Below, piece by piece: positions 35,063 to 51,774 of a DNA stretch of 64,000 nucleotides (positions are counted from its first letter, which is position 1; every line of letters starts with the position of its first letter). Position numbers and translations under genes: made by a program. The notes below the pieces were generated by a model, which saw only the letters and a program-made list of their open reading frames with translations, was not told the origin of the DNA and did no database searches. The stretch lies in assembly GCA_039096225.1 (NCBI GenBank), contig JBBPEB010000007.1:186001-250000 (forward strand). The letters run 5' to 3'. This DNA is from Blastocystis sp. Blastoise. Its lineage: Eukaryota; Protista; Bigyra: Opalinata.

Positions 35063-36227
35063 ATGTCTGCTCAAGGTATGTTTATGATGATCTTTTGTAT
35101 ATGATGTTTTTTATATAGCTGTTGTCATTGATAATGGTTCCGGTATGTGTAAGGCCGGTTTTTCTGGAGATGATGCTCCTCGCGCTGTATTCCCCTCTAT
35201 TGTAGGTCGTCCTAAGAACCCTGTATATATGATTGGTATGGAAAATAAGGATCATTTCGTTGGTGATGAAGCTCAACGTATGAGAGGTGTTTTAACTATT
35301 AAATATCCTATTGAACATGGTATCGTTACTAACTGGGATGATATGGAAAAGATTTGGCATCATACTTTCTATAATGAACTTCGTGTTGCTCCTGATGAGC
35401 ATCCTGTTCTTCTTACTGAAGCTCCTATGAATCCTAAGGCTAATCGTGAAAAGATGACTCAAATTATGTTTGAAACTTTCAATGTACCTGCTATGTATGT
35501 ACAAATTCAAGCTATTCTTTCTCTTTATGCTTCTGGTCGTACTACTGGTTGTGTCATGGATTCTGGTGATGGTGTTTCTCACACTGTACCTATTTATGAA
35601 GGTTATTCTCTTCCTCATGCTATTCTTCGTCTTGATCTTGCTGGTCGTGATTTAACTGATTACATGCAAACTATTCTTGCTGAAAGAGGATATACTTTTA
35701 CTACTTCTGCTGAACGTGAAATTGTTCGTGATATGAAAGAAAAACTTTGTTATGTTGCTTTAGATTATCAAGAAGAATTAAAGAAAGCTTCTGAATCTTC
35801 TAGCTTAGAAAAATCTTATGAAATGCCTGATGGTAATATTGTTACTATTGGTGATGAAAGATTCCGTGTTCCTGAAGTATTATTCCAACCTAGTATTATG
35901 GGTCGTGAACTTCGTGGTATTCATACTGCTACTTTTGATACTATTATGAAATCTGATGTTGATATTCGTAAAGATTTATTCGCTAATATTGTTTTATCTG
36001 GTGGTACTACTATGTTCCAAGGTATTGGTGAACGTATGCAAAAAGAACTTTCTTCTCTTGCTCCTGCTACCGTTAAGGTTAATGTTGTTGTTACTCCTGA
36101 ACGTAAATACATGGTTTGGATTGGTGGTTCTTTCTTATGTTCTCTTTCTTCTTTCAATAGTTATTGGATTACTAAGAGTGAATATGATGAATCTGGTCCT
36201 TCTATTGTTCACAGAAAATGCTTCTAA
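35063..36227 (+). CDS. act: Actin; 2 exons, intron after codon 4
   Basis: MSAQA|[31 protein letters not shown]...[20 protein letters not shown]...[10 protein letters not shown]; strong codon bias. Confidence 0.97.
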
Positions 36228-37024
36228 ACAAAGATAATCACAATATAAATTTGCTTGCGATTACAACAGCATTTATATATAATATTATAATAGATTTTTT
36301 ATATATTTAGTTTTATATACACGTTATGTATCATAGTAGTAATAATATATTATAAATTTGTATCAGTGCTTTTTTGATTGCAACATTTCAACCCTATATT
36401 AATAGTTTATTTAGTTAGTAATGCAGCATATCAAACAATAGGTATATATATATAATTTATTTATATAACTATTTGATTTTATTTTAATTTTTTTTTGCGC
36501 TGAACTATGTTTCAAGTCCCTTCTATGCTGTTGTTTTTTCTATTTTGTTTTGTTTTCATATTCTTTTCAATTATATTTCAATACTATTTTTAAATATTTT
36601 CATTTTATTAAACAATCTCTATTTTTTTTTCTCCTTATTACTACATTATTTACTCTTATTTTTCAATAGAATTAGTCACGTTTAATGTAATTATATAATC
36701 CGGTGAAATCATTAACATATTCATTTTTATGTTTTGTTTTATTATTAATTTTAAATACTATATACTCGATAAACAACTTTTAGAATTCAAATTCTTGATT
36801 TTTTTAAATACATTTTTTTTTTATTAAAAAATTTAAAGACAAAATTAATAATCGTGAATATTTAACAGAAATCTGTTGAAGAATTATGTTCTTTTCTTTT
36901 TAATTTAAAAGCCAATTCTTTACTTTATTAGAAGAAAAAATTAATTTCTAAGAAGATTTATACTCAAAATAACTTTCAAAGTTTTGTTTAGAATTGATTC
37001 TTTTGAGTATTCAAGTCCATCATT

Positions 37025-39779
<2,755 letters not shown>

Positions 39780-42357
39780 CGATATTTATTCTATTATATA
39801 GTATTCTATTTCATATATTTTATTTTATTCAGTTATGTTTTTTTATTATTTTTTTTTATCTTTATCTTTTTCTTATCTTATAATTTTATATTATTTTTAA
39901 ATTCATTTCATAGTATATATACTTGCTTAGGGCATATATATTCTATATATATATATTAACTATATATATTCTATCTCTAAAAGATATAACAATATATATA
40001 TATTTCTATAGTATTTCTATTTTCTTTTTTATATTAGTAAAATAATATATATATCTCATTATAATAATATACTTTAAACAATTTTTTTTTTTCATTTGTT
40101 TTCAATATTATATATGTTTTGATTTTTCTAGATATCTATTTTATTTTAATTTTATTTTATTTTCTTCATTTTTGTCATATTATTTGTTAGGTCTATAGTA
40201 TATTTACACTTTTCTTTCTCTAAATCTATATATATTGTTATTTTAACTTTTTCATTTTATTTATATATTTTGTGTACATCTAGTGTTTAAATAATAGTAT
40301 CTATTATTATGTTCTTTTTTATAATATAAGTCAATTCATAGAATCATATTAATATTCTATATATATAATATTTATATAGTATCAAATTCTATTAAATATA
40401 TATATTTTTTAATTATATTTCATTTCATTTCTTTTCATATTCTGTATAGAGTGTGCTATATGTTAGTATTCACTTTTTTTGTTCACTTTTAATAATTTAT
40501 ACTCTATATTATTTAAAAATAGATTCACTATTTAAAAACACTTTAAATACATTTTTTCATCAAACCAAACAAACAACAAACAGGAACACAAAAATCAAAT
40601 TAACGATATGGCTAAGAAATAAACAAAAAACATACAAAACGCACCCGTTACAAAAAAGATAAAAAATAAACTATTGACGAGAAAAGAGAATACTCTTTCT
40701 TTTGAATAATTTGAGAAAGGAAATTGAAACATTTGATGAAAAAAGTAACAGAAACTTATAATTAAATCATAAATGAATAAGAACAATAAAATCTCTACAA
40801 AATAATAGAGAAAATGATGACAAATAATATATTATAATACGAAAAAATATATAAAAAAATTTTATAAAAAAAAATATACAGTTCTTTTAGAATAATTGAC
40901 GATTTTTGTGTTTGCTAGAATGCCTCCTAGGAAACACAACGTGACACGTTGAAAACATGCTCCTACAATACAACTGAATCATCTTGTTCATTTGATTAAG
41001 ATATATATCCTAAAATAACAAAAAATAATATGATCACAATCAAGCAGAGAGCTACACCCAACAAAACAAACAACAACGATATTAAATGAGATATATTCTT
41101 TTCTTTTCTTCTGTTAATTATTTTCTTTGATGCTGACGCCATTCAATATAGATAAAAAAAACTAATAAGTCTCATTTATAAATGAAGAACTAATCGTGCA
41201 CTGTATAATAAAAAATTATCATGATTATTTAAAACTCTTTTTTTTCTTCTTCACTCATTTTTATATACAGTTTTCCTTTGTTTTTATGAAACCTCAATGA
41301 AGAATAAGTGAAGAGAATAAGGATATTTGAATATGAAGTTAAATTAATGTAAATACAATACTGAAATGCATTCTTTTTTTGGATCTTAATGTTAGCAGGT
41401 AATTCAACTACTATCATCATAAGCAAAGGATGAATAATTGAATCAAGTATATATTCAAGTATTTTTGACGATTTCAGATGAATTTTAAGTGAATTCATTT
41501 TTTTAGGTTTTAGACTGCTTGAACCTAACACTTAAATGCATATCCACATGTCTAAAGTAAAACTCACTATTTTAGAAACATAGATTTCATAAATAAGTTA
41601 GAAAATATATACATAGATATGAAGCGTTTTCATAAACCTTTCGAATGTTGTGTTTACAATAAATTCCCACGAAAATGATTCTCTATGTTCTTATTGGTTA
41701 CTCGAAGATTGACAAGTCTACTGGTCATTTCAGAATATCAATTGAATCAAAAATTTTTTGGAAGATATTATATAGACTATCTGCCGACACTAATGTCGGC
41801 TTAAGGCGTAAGAATAAATTCTATTGGGGCATACTCTCTACCTAGCGTATAGTTAGGCGGATTCTTGATTGAGAGTCTCATCGTTGTTAATTTTTTTTTT
41901 TGTAATTTAAATTTTTTTAAAGAACTGTTTGGTGAGTTCTTGATATATTGAAACAATCCATAAACATAGATATAACTTATGACAAGAACTATTCACGAAA
42001 ATAAAACACAAACAACGTTGTTCATCTAGATTTCTCTGTTTTAATATTAGCGTTTGTTTTTCTGTTTTTCTTGGAAATCCTAAAACGACAATAAAATTGT
42101 GGTCAAAAGTATTCCCATGAATTTTTTGACGACTTAGTCTCTAATCAAATGAAATCTTTATGGGAATATTTCTGTAGTTTTTGTTGTTCTATATGTATTT
42201 AACAACCAGTCAAAATGACCGTATTCTTAATAGACTCTTGTTTTCGATTGGTGATTTACCTATGACAGAATCGATGTCATTACAGAATGGTTCTCTTTTT
42301 TTCATCATCTGCTGTTTAGGAAGAATATATTATTTTTGTATTTTACACTAGAATAAA

Positions 42358-43325
42358 ATGAGAACTTTCTTATTCATTCTTCTTGTAACCTTAGCTTTTG
42401 CTCTTCCCTCTGTGGATTGCCAATCAAAACCTCAAGCTGATTACCCCTATTGTAACCCTGAACTTTCTATCGATGAAAGAGTTGATGATCTTGTCAGTAG
42501 AATGACTTTAGAAGAAGCAATTTTCCAAACTTGGTCTGAAGCTCCTGCTATTGAACATTTAGGCATGAAGTATATTTAAAGTATTAAATAAAAATTAATT
42601 AATTTAATATAGAGATTACAATTGGAGAGCTAATTGTCAACATGGTTGGTCTGCTTCTGGTGGTAAATGGTATGATTTAAAGTGGAACAATTTCCCTGCT
42701 CCTATTGGTCTTGGTGCCACTTTTGATATTCCTCTTGTATGCCTTTTTATGTGTTTTTTACAATTATTGATTTTTAATACCTTTTTTTATAGATTAAAAA
42801 GGTAGCTGTTATTACTGCTAATGAAGGTCGTGCTCTTCATAATATTCTTCTTGAAAAGAATAATGGTTCTACTCTTGAAGCTGCTGGTATTAACTGTTTT
42901 TCTCCTAATGTCAATTTATTCAGAGACCCTAGGTATATATTTTTGTTTATGATTTATAGAATATGTTTTAAGTTATATATATGTTCTTTTTAAAATAGTA
43001 TATCTATTTTATGTTTTTTTTTGTTTAAATTAGTTATATATATATAATTTTGAAAAAATTATTTTTTATATGTTTTTTTTTGTTAAAAAATTATATATAT
43101 AATATTATATATATATATATATAGATGGGGTAGAGGTCAGGAAACCTTTGGTGAAGATCCTTATTTGATTTCTATGATTGGAGGTGCTTATACTACTGGT
43201 TTACAAGTATATATATACTTATAATATTTATTAAATATTTTATTTTATTCTATATATATATATATATAGGAACATGACGGTAATTATTATAAGATTGCTG
43301 CTTGTGCTAAACATTTTGCTGTATA

Positions 43326-43403
<78 letters not shown>

Positions 43404-43560
43404 TAGGCTCATAGTGGTCCTGAAGAAATTCGTTATTCATTTACTGTAAATTCATCAGAACATGATTTATATGATACTTTCTTCCCTCAATTTGAAACTC
43501 AAGCTCGTTGTGTCAATGTCCTTCAAATCATGCCTGCTTATACGTATATATATATATATA

Positions 43561-43636
<76 letters not shown>

Positions 43637-43649
43637 ATTGTTATTATTA

Positions 43650-43685
<36 letters not shown>

Positions 43686-44405
43686 ATTGTTATTATTATT
43701 ATATTAATTATATACTTATTAGTTATTATTATTATTATTTTTATTATACTTATTAATTATTATATATATATATAGTGCCTTAAAATCAAAGGAATCTCCT
43801 GAAGGTCGTCCTGATGTAGCTAATAATTTCTTATTAGAAGAAGTACTTCGTAAAAGGTATATATATATATATATATGTATATGTATTCATAATATATACA
43901 TATATATAGATGGAATAGACCTGAAATTAGTATTATGAGTGATAATACTGCTGTTCAATATGTATAATATTTATAATCATTATATATATATAATATATAT
44001 ATATATATAGATTTGGTCAGAGTTTAATTTAACTAATAAAGTAGATGCTACTTGGATTGCTTTTAATGCTACTACGGATATTGATTTAGGTCCTGATAAG
44101 CAATTCGCTACTTATTTAATGGATAACGTTAAGAATGGTCACGTGAAAGAACAACAAATCAGAGATGCTGTTAAGAGAAGGTATATATATATTTATTATT
44201 ATTATTATTATGTTAACTAGTTATATTTCTACATATATATATATTGTTTTATTATTATTATATATTGTTTTATTATATATATATATATAGTATGAGATTA
44301 AGAATGTTAGTCGGTGATTTTGATCCTAAGGATAAAGTTGAATATCAAAATTGGGGCTATGAACATCTTAATACTCCTGAATATAAAGTATATATATATA
44401 TAATA

Positions 44406-44439
<34 letters not shown>

Positions 44440-44651
44440 AACTATACTTTGTATACTACTGAATATTATTATTAATAATACTATTAATATATATATATAT
44501 ATAGGCTGTTAATTTGAAGACTACTCAGGAGTCTCTAGTTCTCCTTCGAAATCGTGCCAATATACTTCCTCTTAATATCAAGAAATATCCTAGAATCGGA
44601 ATTGTTGGTATATATATATTTATTATCTTTTTAGAGTTTTCTTGTATTATT

Positions 44652-44690
<39 letters not shown>

Positions 44691-44766
44691 TAATAATGCA
44701 GATCACGCACGTGCTTATATTTCTATTTATGAAGCTATTCCTGATCATATATTTACAGTTAAAGAA

Positions 44767-44851
<85 letters not shown>

Positions 44852-45153
44852 ATTATTTTTTAAATATATATATATAGTCTATTGAAACTTATGCTAAAGA
44901 ACGTGGTCTTCCTACTCCTCTTTATTCCCCTGGTTGTACTTCGTCATTCTGCCCTAATTATGATGACTTCCCCGCGGTTGTTGATATGGCTAAGGATGTT
45001 GATGTTATTGTTGCTGTATATATATATATTATTATATTTTATTATATATTATTATTATATTTTATTATATATTATTATTATGTATATAGGTACTTGGTTT
45101 AGATGAGAATTTAGAAGATGAAAGACACGATAGACAAATGAAACAATGCAATA

Positions 45154-45200
<47 letters not shown>

Positions 45201-45353
45201 TATATATATATATAGATGTAGATACTCCTATGCTTGGTCTCCCTGGTTGTCAAGCTCATTTCTTACAATATCTTAAGAACTTTACTAGTGTACCTGTTAT
45301 TCTTGTTATGATTCACGGTGCTCCTATTACTATTCCTGATTTTGTGGGTATAT

Positions 45354-45384
<31 letters not shown>

Positions 45385-45446
45385 TATGTATATATATATA
45401 GATACTGCTATTGATGCTTTCTATCCTGGTCAATTTGGTGGAAATG

Positions 45447-45508
<62 letters not shown>

Positions 45509-45801
45509 CTGTTGCTGATATTCTCTTTGGTGATTATAACCCCGCTGGTCGTCTTCCTTATACTATTCTTAAGGACGATAAATATATTCTTCCTAATACT
45601 GTATATATATATATTATTATTTATTAATTATATTCTTTCATTAATAATTAAACTTGATATATATATACATAGGATTATGATTTCATTAGTACTCCTGGTC
45701 GTACCTATAAATATTTTAAGGGAGAAATTCAATTCCCCTTCGGTTATGGTCTCTCTTATTCTACTTTCCAATATACGTATATATATATATTATTATTATT
45801 A

Positions 45802-45860
<59 letters not shown>

Positions 45861-46273
45861 CTTCTGCAAGTGTTTCAAAAGCAATTATATCTCCTTGTGA
45901 TGATATTACTATTAAAGCTACTATTACTAATCTTGGTCCTTTTGATGGTGATGAAGTAATTCAAGTATATGTTTCTTCTCCTCAAACTACCTATGTTACT
46001 CCTATTCATCAACTTATGGGTTTTGAGCGTGTTACTATAAAGAATGGTGATTCTTATGCTTTCTCTTATACATTATCTGGTATTAAATATTCTGTTGTTA
46101 ATTTGGAGGGAAAGAGAGTATTTTTACCTGGAACTTATACCATATATATTGGTGGAGGTCAACCTGGTTCTTCTTCTGGTACTTCAGTTCAATTTAATGT
46201 TATTGGTTCTCAAGAATTTGAATTAACTCAATGTCCTGAACATGTACCTCAATATTTCTGTATGGATTTTTAA
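42358..46273 (+). CDS. Secreted glycoside hydrolase family 3 (beta-xylosidase/BXL-like) with C-terminal Fn3 domain; many exons
   Basis: Signal peptide [15 protein letters not shown]; [14 protein letters not shown]; [24 protein letters not shown]; KHFA; IMSD nucleophile motif; FPFGYGLSY; [16 protein letters not shown]. Confidence 0.93.
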
Positions 46274-46705
46274 ATAATATTGATTTCCTATGAATCTATT
46301 ATCTGTGATTTATAAATTCTTTTTTTATAAATCTATCTAACGAATAAAATGATTTTTAAAAGTCATATTTTATTTTACTTTTTTTTTTGCTTTCTACTCT
46401 ACAATAAATTTATTTTGCTGTATTTTGAGTATTATGCATATTATTTTATTCTTTTGTTCTTTTAACGAAACATTTTTTTTTGTTAAAATTATACTGATTC
46501 AATAAAAATATATAACTTCATCAGCGATAATGATACACTTCTATTTTGGAATATGTAGAAATACTTTATTGAAATATCATTTGTGATTCAATTAAGAAAA
46601 CGGATAAATTAGTAAAAAAAAAACAGGATACTTTTTGAAATAGAGAGTTTTCTTCATTCGTATCATATAAAAGCTCATTTCAATCGTTAAAGATTAACTC
46701 AGTCT

Positions 46706-47254
46706 ATGAAGATTTATTTCTTACTACTCTTTTTGTTATTTATCACAGAATGTGTTGCTATTCGTCGTTCAGTTCTACATACTTCAGAAAATATATTTCG
46801 TAGAGAATCTCAAAACAAGAATTTCTACACAGAAAAGGACGTATTATCGGATTTCACAAGATATACAAGTACATTATTCACAAATATTTCTTTAGATTAT
46901 CAAAAAGAAGAGCTTGATGTATGCTACAAGGTTTAGATATCACTTATATTGTATAGATACTGAATAATAAACAATCAAGAAAACTGACTTCATCAAATTC
47001 TCATTCTTTTGGACAATTTATTACAGTTATAGATCACTCTACAGACATAGCAAACTTATATGATGCTATTAGAAAACATGAAACGCTATTCAAAATGCAT
47101 TTCATCGGAAAATCAGATAGGATCGCTATCATTGAAGGTTACACTGACGATATAGAATCCTATCTTCTCAATAATCATTATATTCAAAAATATATAGAGA
47201 TACCACCTCTTTCAAAAGTATTTTTTTTGATTTATTTATAATGATAATAATAAT

Positions 47255-47293
<39 letters not shown>

Positions 47294-47442
47294 TTAGTAA
47301 CACATTTTCTTCAGATTCATTTAATGGGAATATTACTCTAATTTCATATTTTTCTTCCTTATTAAATATAAAGGATACTATAAAAACATCTGTTGATACG
47401 ATTCAATCATTTATTAATATATCCTGATTTATTTAAGTAATT

Positions 47443-47479
<37 letters not shown>

Positions 47480-47895
47480 ATGTATTTTATTGTATTTGCT
47501 ATTGTAATTATTATTATTATTTATATATATCCTTAATAATATACTCTTTGAGTTCATTATATTTCCCTTCATTTTCTTCTCTTTCTAATGAACTTCATCA
47601 ATATATTACTCTATTTTCCAATAATAATCGCGGGAATATCGTAAACTTATTAAAAGATATATATATTAAAAAACAATCATTTTCAAATTCTTTACATATC
47701 CTTATTATATATAATAATGATAATTATTGTTCGTATTATAAAAATGTATTATATATATATATATATTCCTTTATTTTTTACATCCCTATATATCCATGAC
47801 TTATGAAGGCTTTCATTTAAAAATAACTACAGATTCCCACGGGATTGTTCCTATATTAGCCTATTTGTCCTTACAACCTTATATTATGTCTATTA

Positions 47896-47985
<90 letters not shown>

Positions 47986-48067
47986 ATATATATAGGTAGA
48001 TATGAGCCAATAACCTTTGTTGATGAAATGAAAGAATTAAATAATAATGAAATCGATATAGATAAAC

Positions 48068-48118
<51 letters not shown>

Positions 48119-48242
48119 TATATAATTATATAATTATTTATTATATATATATATATGTAGGAAGACGTTTAAATGATCGTGTAAAGTATATAATAACCGC
48201 GGGACAAACGATAAAATCTGAAATCTATGAAAGAGGACTCAG

Positions 48243-48282
<40 letters not shown>

Positions 48283-48318
48283 GATGGAACTGGTCAAGTA
48301 ATTTGTGTTGCAGATACA

Positions 48319-48368
<50 letters not shown>

Positions 48369-50780
48369 TGTGGACACGAATCATTGTTTATTTTTTGATC
48401 CGTTAAATGACGTTATATATGGGAACACAAATCCAAATACGAAACATAGAAAAGTTATTCTGTATATATATTTATATTACATTTACTTATATATATATAA
48501 ATATACATATAACTATTTATATATATAGATATACTGGATATGCAGATACCACTGAAAGAATGTATAATAACCACGGGACTCATGTTTCTGGGACTGCAGT
48601 TGGATATACCGACGGGGATCAATTTAAATATAACGGTGTCGCATATGGTGCCAAGTTATCTATGTTTGATATAGAAGATTCCCACGGGAATTTACTTATT
48701 CCTAATAATCTTCAAGAATATTATCAATTAGAGTATATATATATAAATAATCTAGTAGTATGTTATTTTTCTTTATATATATAGATATACATTAGGTGTT
48801 CGTATATTATCGAATAGTTGGGGAAAGAAAGAAAGTAATATATATACAGAAGATACTGCTTCTACTGATGAATATATTTATAATCATCCTGATATGGTTA
48901 TTATTTTTGCTGCTGCCAATTCTGGTGCTTCTGGGTATATAAATATATATATATTATTATTATTATTATTATAAAGACCTGGTCACATTAGTACGTTAGC
49001 TATTGGTAAGAATACTATTTCAGTTGGTTCAACGTATAATAGCGGTGAAGTTATTACAGAAGCTAAGTATATATATATACAAATATATATATATATATAT
49101 ATAGTGCATTTAATTATGTTCTTCCATCTTCTTCTTATGGAAATACTCTTGATAATCGAATAAAGCCTGATATATATACAGTCGGATCTCTTCGTTCTGC
49201 TGTCAGTAACTCAGAATGTGAAATTTCCAATAAACAAGGAACATATCCATATATATACATATACATATATATTGATTATATATTTTTTTTCATGTTTCTA
49301 ATTATTATTTTCATTTATTTTTTAAGGAATATATATATATATATATATATATTCCTTAATAGACTACGTCTATGGCGACTCCCGCCATTGCTGGCGCCAT
49401 TGCTATTATTCGACAGTATCTTATGGAGGGATATTATCCTGAAGGTATATATATATATAATATAAATGAATAAACATACAAATATATACATAAGTATTTA
49501 ATTTAAATATATAAAATATGAATTATATAAATAGAAATCTTTATATATTTCAAATTATATATATTTACATATATATTAATAGTAATATTAAACAATAATA
49601 TATATAGGTATTCCATCTTCTTCTTCTTCTCTTTCTCCTTCTGCTTCTCTATTAAAAGCCATGATTATTCACTCGGCAGTACCTCTAAAAGGAAAAGCCA
49701 CAACATATACGGTGAGTCCCGCGGTTATTTCATTTAATAAAACACCGAATTCTATGGGAGGATGGGGACGAGCACAATTAGATAGGTAATTATATATATA
49801 GTAATAATACTTATATATATAATAAAAATAGTATATATAATAATAATATATATAATATATATATAGAGTATTATTTCTTGCTAATTATACGCCATTTAAT
49901 TTATTTCTTGAGGATCAAATTGTTGGAAGAGAAAATGGAACTATTTTGTATACATTAGATATTGATGTATATATATATATATATATATAATATAATTAAA
50001 TATAAAAAGAATTCTTTAAATATAAATATAACATAAATCTATATAAATATAAAGAAATAACATTAAATATATATATATATATATATATATATAGCCTTCT
50101 TATGATTTACGTGTTACGCTCACGTGGACAGACCCCCCTGCGTCATCTCTATCAACCAATAATCTTATTAATGATTTAGATTTATATATCATTATACAAA
50201 ATAATACTCTCTATAGCAATTCGTATATATATATTTATATATATATATATACAATTATCTTTAAATGATTATAATATATATTTACTATAGATATAGTCAC
50301 TATTACAATTATATATAATATATAATACATATTTATTTATATAATTTATATATAGATTACCTTATTTTGATCGTAATAATAATATTGAAACAATTTCTAT
50401 TTTTGCAAATGATTTAAATAAATATATAAATAATAATTCGAATCATGTTAATATAACTATTTATGTAAAAGCATTTATGCTTTCTACTTCTTCACAAGTA
50501 TATAAATATATATATAATAATAAGTATAATAATAATATATTTTCATTAATTTTAAACTTCAATAAGTTATCTGTTCATATTATGTATATATTATATATTA
50601 TAATAATAATACTATACTATTATATAGTCTTACTCAATAGTATTAACAGGTAGATTTGAAAATGGATTTCAGCATTATACTGAACAAACTGAAATTCTAG
50701 ATTTCTCTTATTCTTCAACACTATTTTCTTCTATTCTTCTTATTCTTCTATCCTTTGCTTTCATTTTATTTTCATTCTAG
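46706..50780 (+). CDS. Subtilisin-like S8 serine protease (KP-43/Tag-like) with signal peptide and hydrophobic C-terminus (possible GPI anchor); three AT-AC introns and one GC-AG intron
   Basis: [14 protein letters not shown] (Asp), HGTHVSGT (His), [29 protein letters not shown] (Ser; formed only by AT-AC splicing), [21 protein letters not shown]; ends [17 protein letters not shown]. Confidence 0.92.
47419..47544 (+). other. AT-AC (U12-type) intron 1 of the subtilisin gene
   Basis: 5' ATATCCTG, branch ATCCTTAAT 47529-47537, 3' ATAC; phase 0; removal keeps the frame. Confidence 0.85.
47696..47781 (+). other. AT-AC (U12-type) intron 2 of the subtilisin gene
   Basis: 5' ATATCCTT, branch-like TTCCTTTAT 47766-47774, 3' TTAC; phase 1; joins ORF 47548 to ORF 47796 in frame ([12 protein letters not shown]). 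Confidence 0.85.
49243..49367 (+). other. AT-AC (U12-type) intron 3 of the subtilisin gene
   Basis: 5' ATATCCAT, branch TTCCTTAAT 49352-49360, 3' CTAC; phase 2; removal gives GGA AC|G TCT ATG = GTSM. Confidence 0.92.
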
Positions 50781-51774
50781 TTTTTTAAATATATATATAT
50801 ATACTTTTCATTCTAGTTTTTAATTATATATATATAAATAATATATATCTTTTCAATCTAATCCTATAATCCTATATGAAGAAATAATAAAGATTTTCAT
50901 TCTTATTATATATTTATGTATTTATTTTGTCTTTTATACAAAATAATCTATTTTATTGCTTATTGTTTAATTTTTAATATTTATAAATATACTTAATGTT
51001 AATTAAATCATTTTAAGGATAATTGACTGCATTTTCACTACAAATAAAAATAAAAATGTATTGTTTATGACATTAAAAAATATTATTATTTTAAACATAT
51101 TATGACAAAGTATTATATATGTATTTTATATACACGAATAAATAAATATTAATTGTTCTACAAATAGAATACTTTTATAGTTAACAAATAACATCTCGAC
51201 TGATAAGAATATACTTTTTATTCATAATATTAAAAGACAGTAGCTTTATGAAAATACTATTTTAACAAGAATTTATGAAAATGAATTATTAAACATATTC
51301 TTTTTTAATAATAAACCGTAAAAACATATATGAACACACTCTACATTCTTTCTGAATGCTTTATAATACTCAATTTAAATTATTTTGGTCAGGATTTATA
51401 GTATTAAAAAAATAAAGATATTTTTAATATATGTTAACCAATATATATAATAATATTTTGATATATAATCACTTTCTAATATGATTAGTTTTTTATAGAA
51501 TAATATGTATATATATTTCTATTTATTTGATTATAAATAAAGTATTAAACATATTTATTTACCATTATATAAATATTGAGTAGTAAATATTATATTTTTT
51601 ATGTATTAATATGAATTTATCAAATTCTTTGTTTTAACTCTTTTTTAAATGTAGAAATAATTAAAATGTTATATACATATATAATTATGTTTCATTTGGT
51701 TATCCCGCTAATTCACTCTTATATTTCAAGAAATATCTTTTTTTATTATTGACTTTAAAAATACAGTTTGTCTT

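Noticed and set aside
45777-45870. Apparent GT-AC intron in the GH3 gene (..TATTATAC|TTCT)
   Set aside because: An in-frame AAG acceptor 9 nt downstream (TGCAAG|TGTT) explains it; AAG acceptors are used elsewhere (~48976), and there are no U12 signals.
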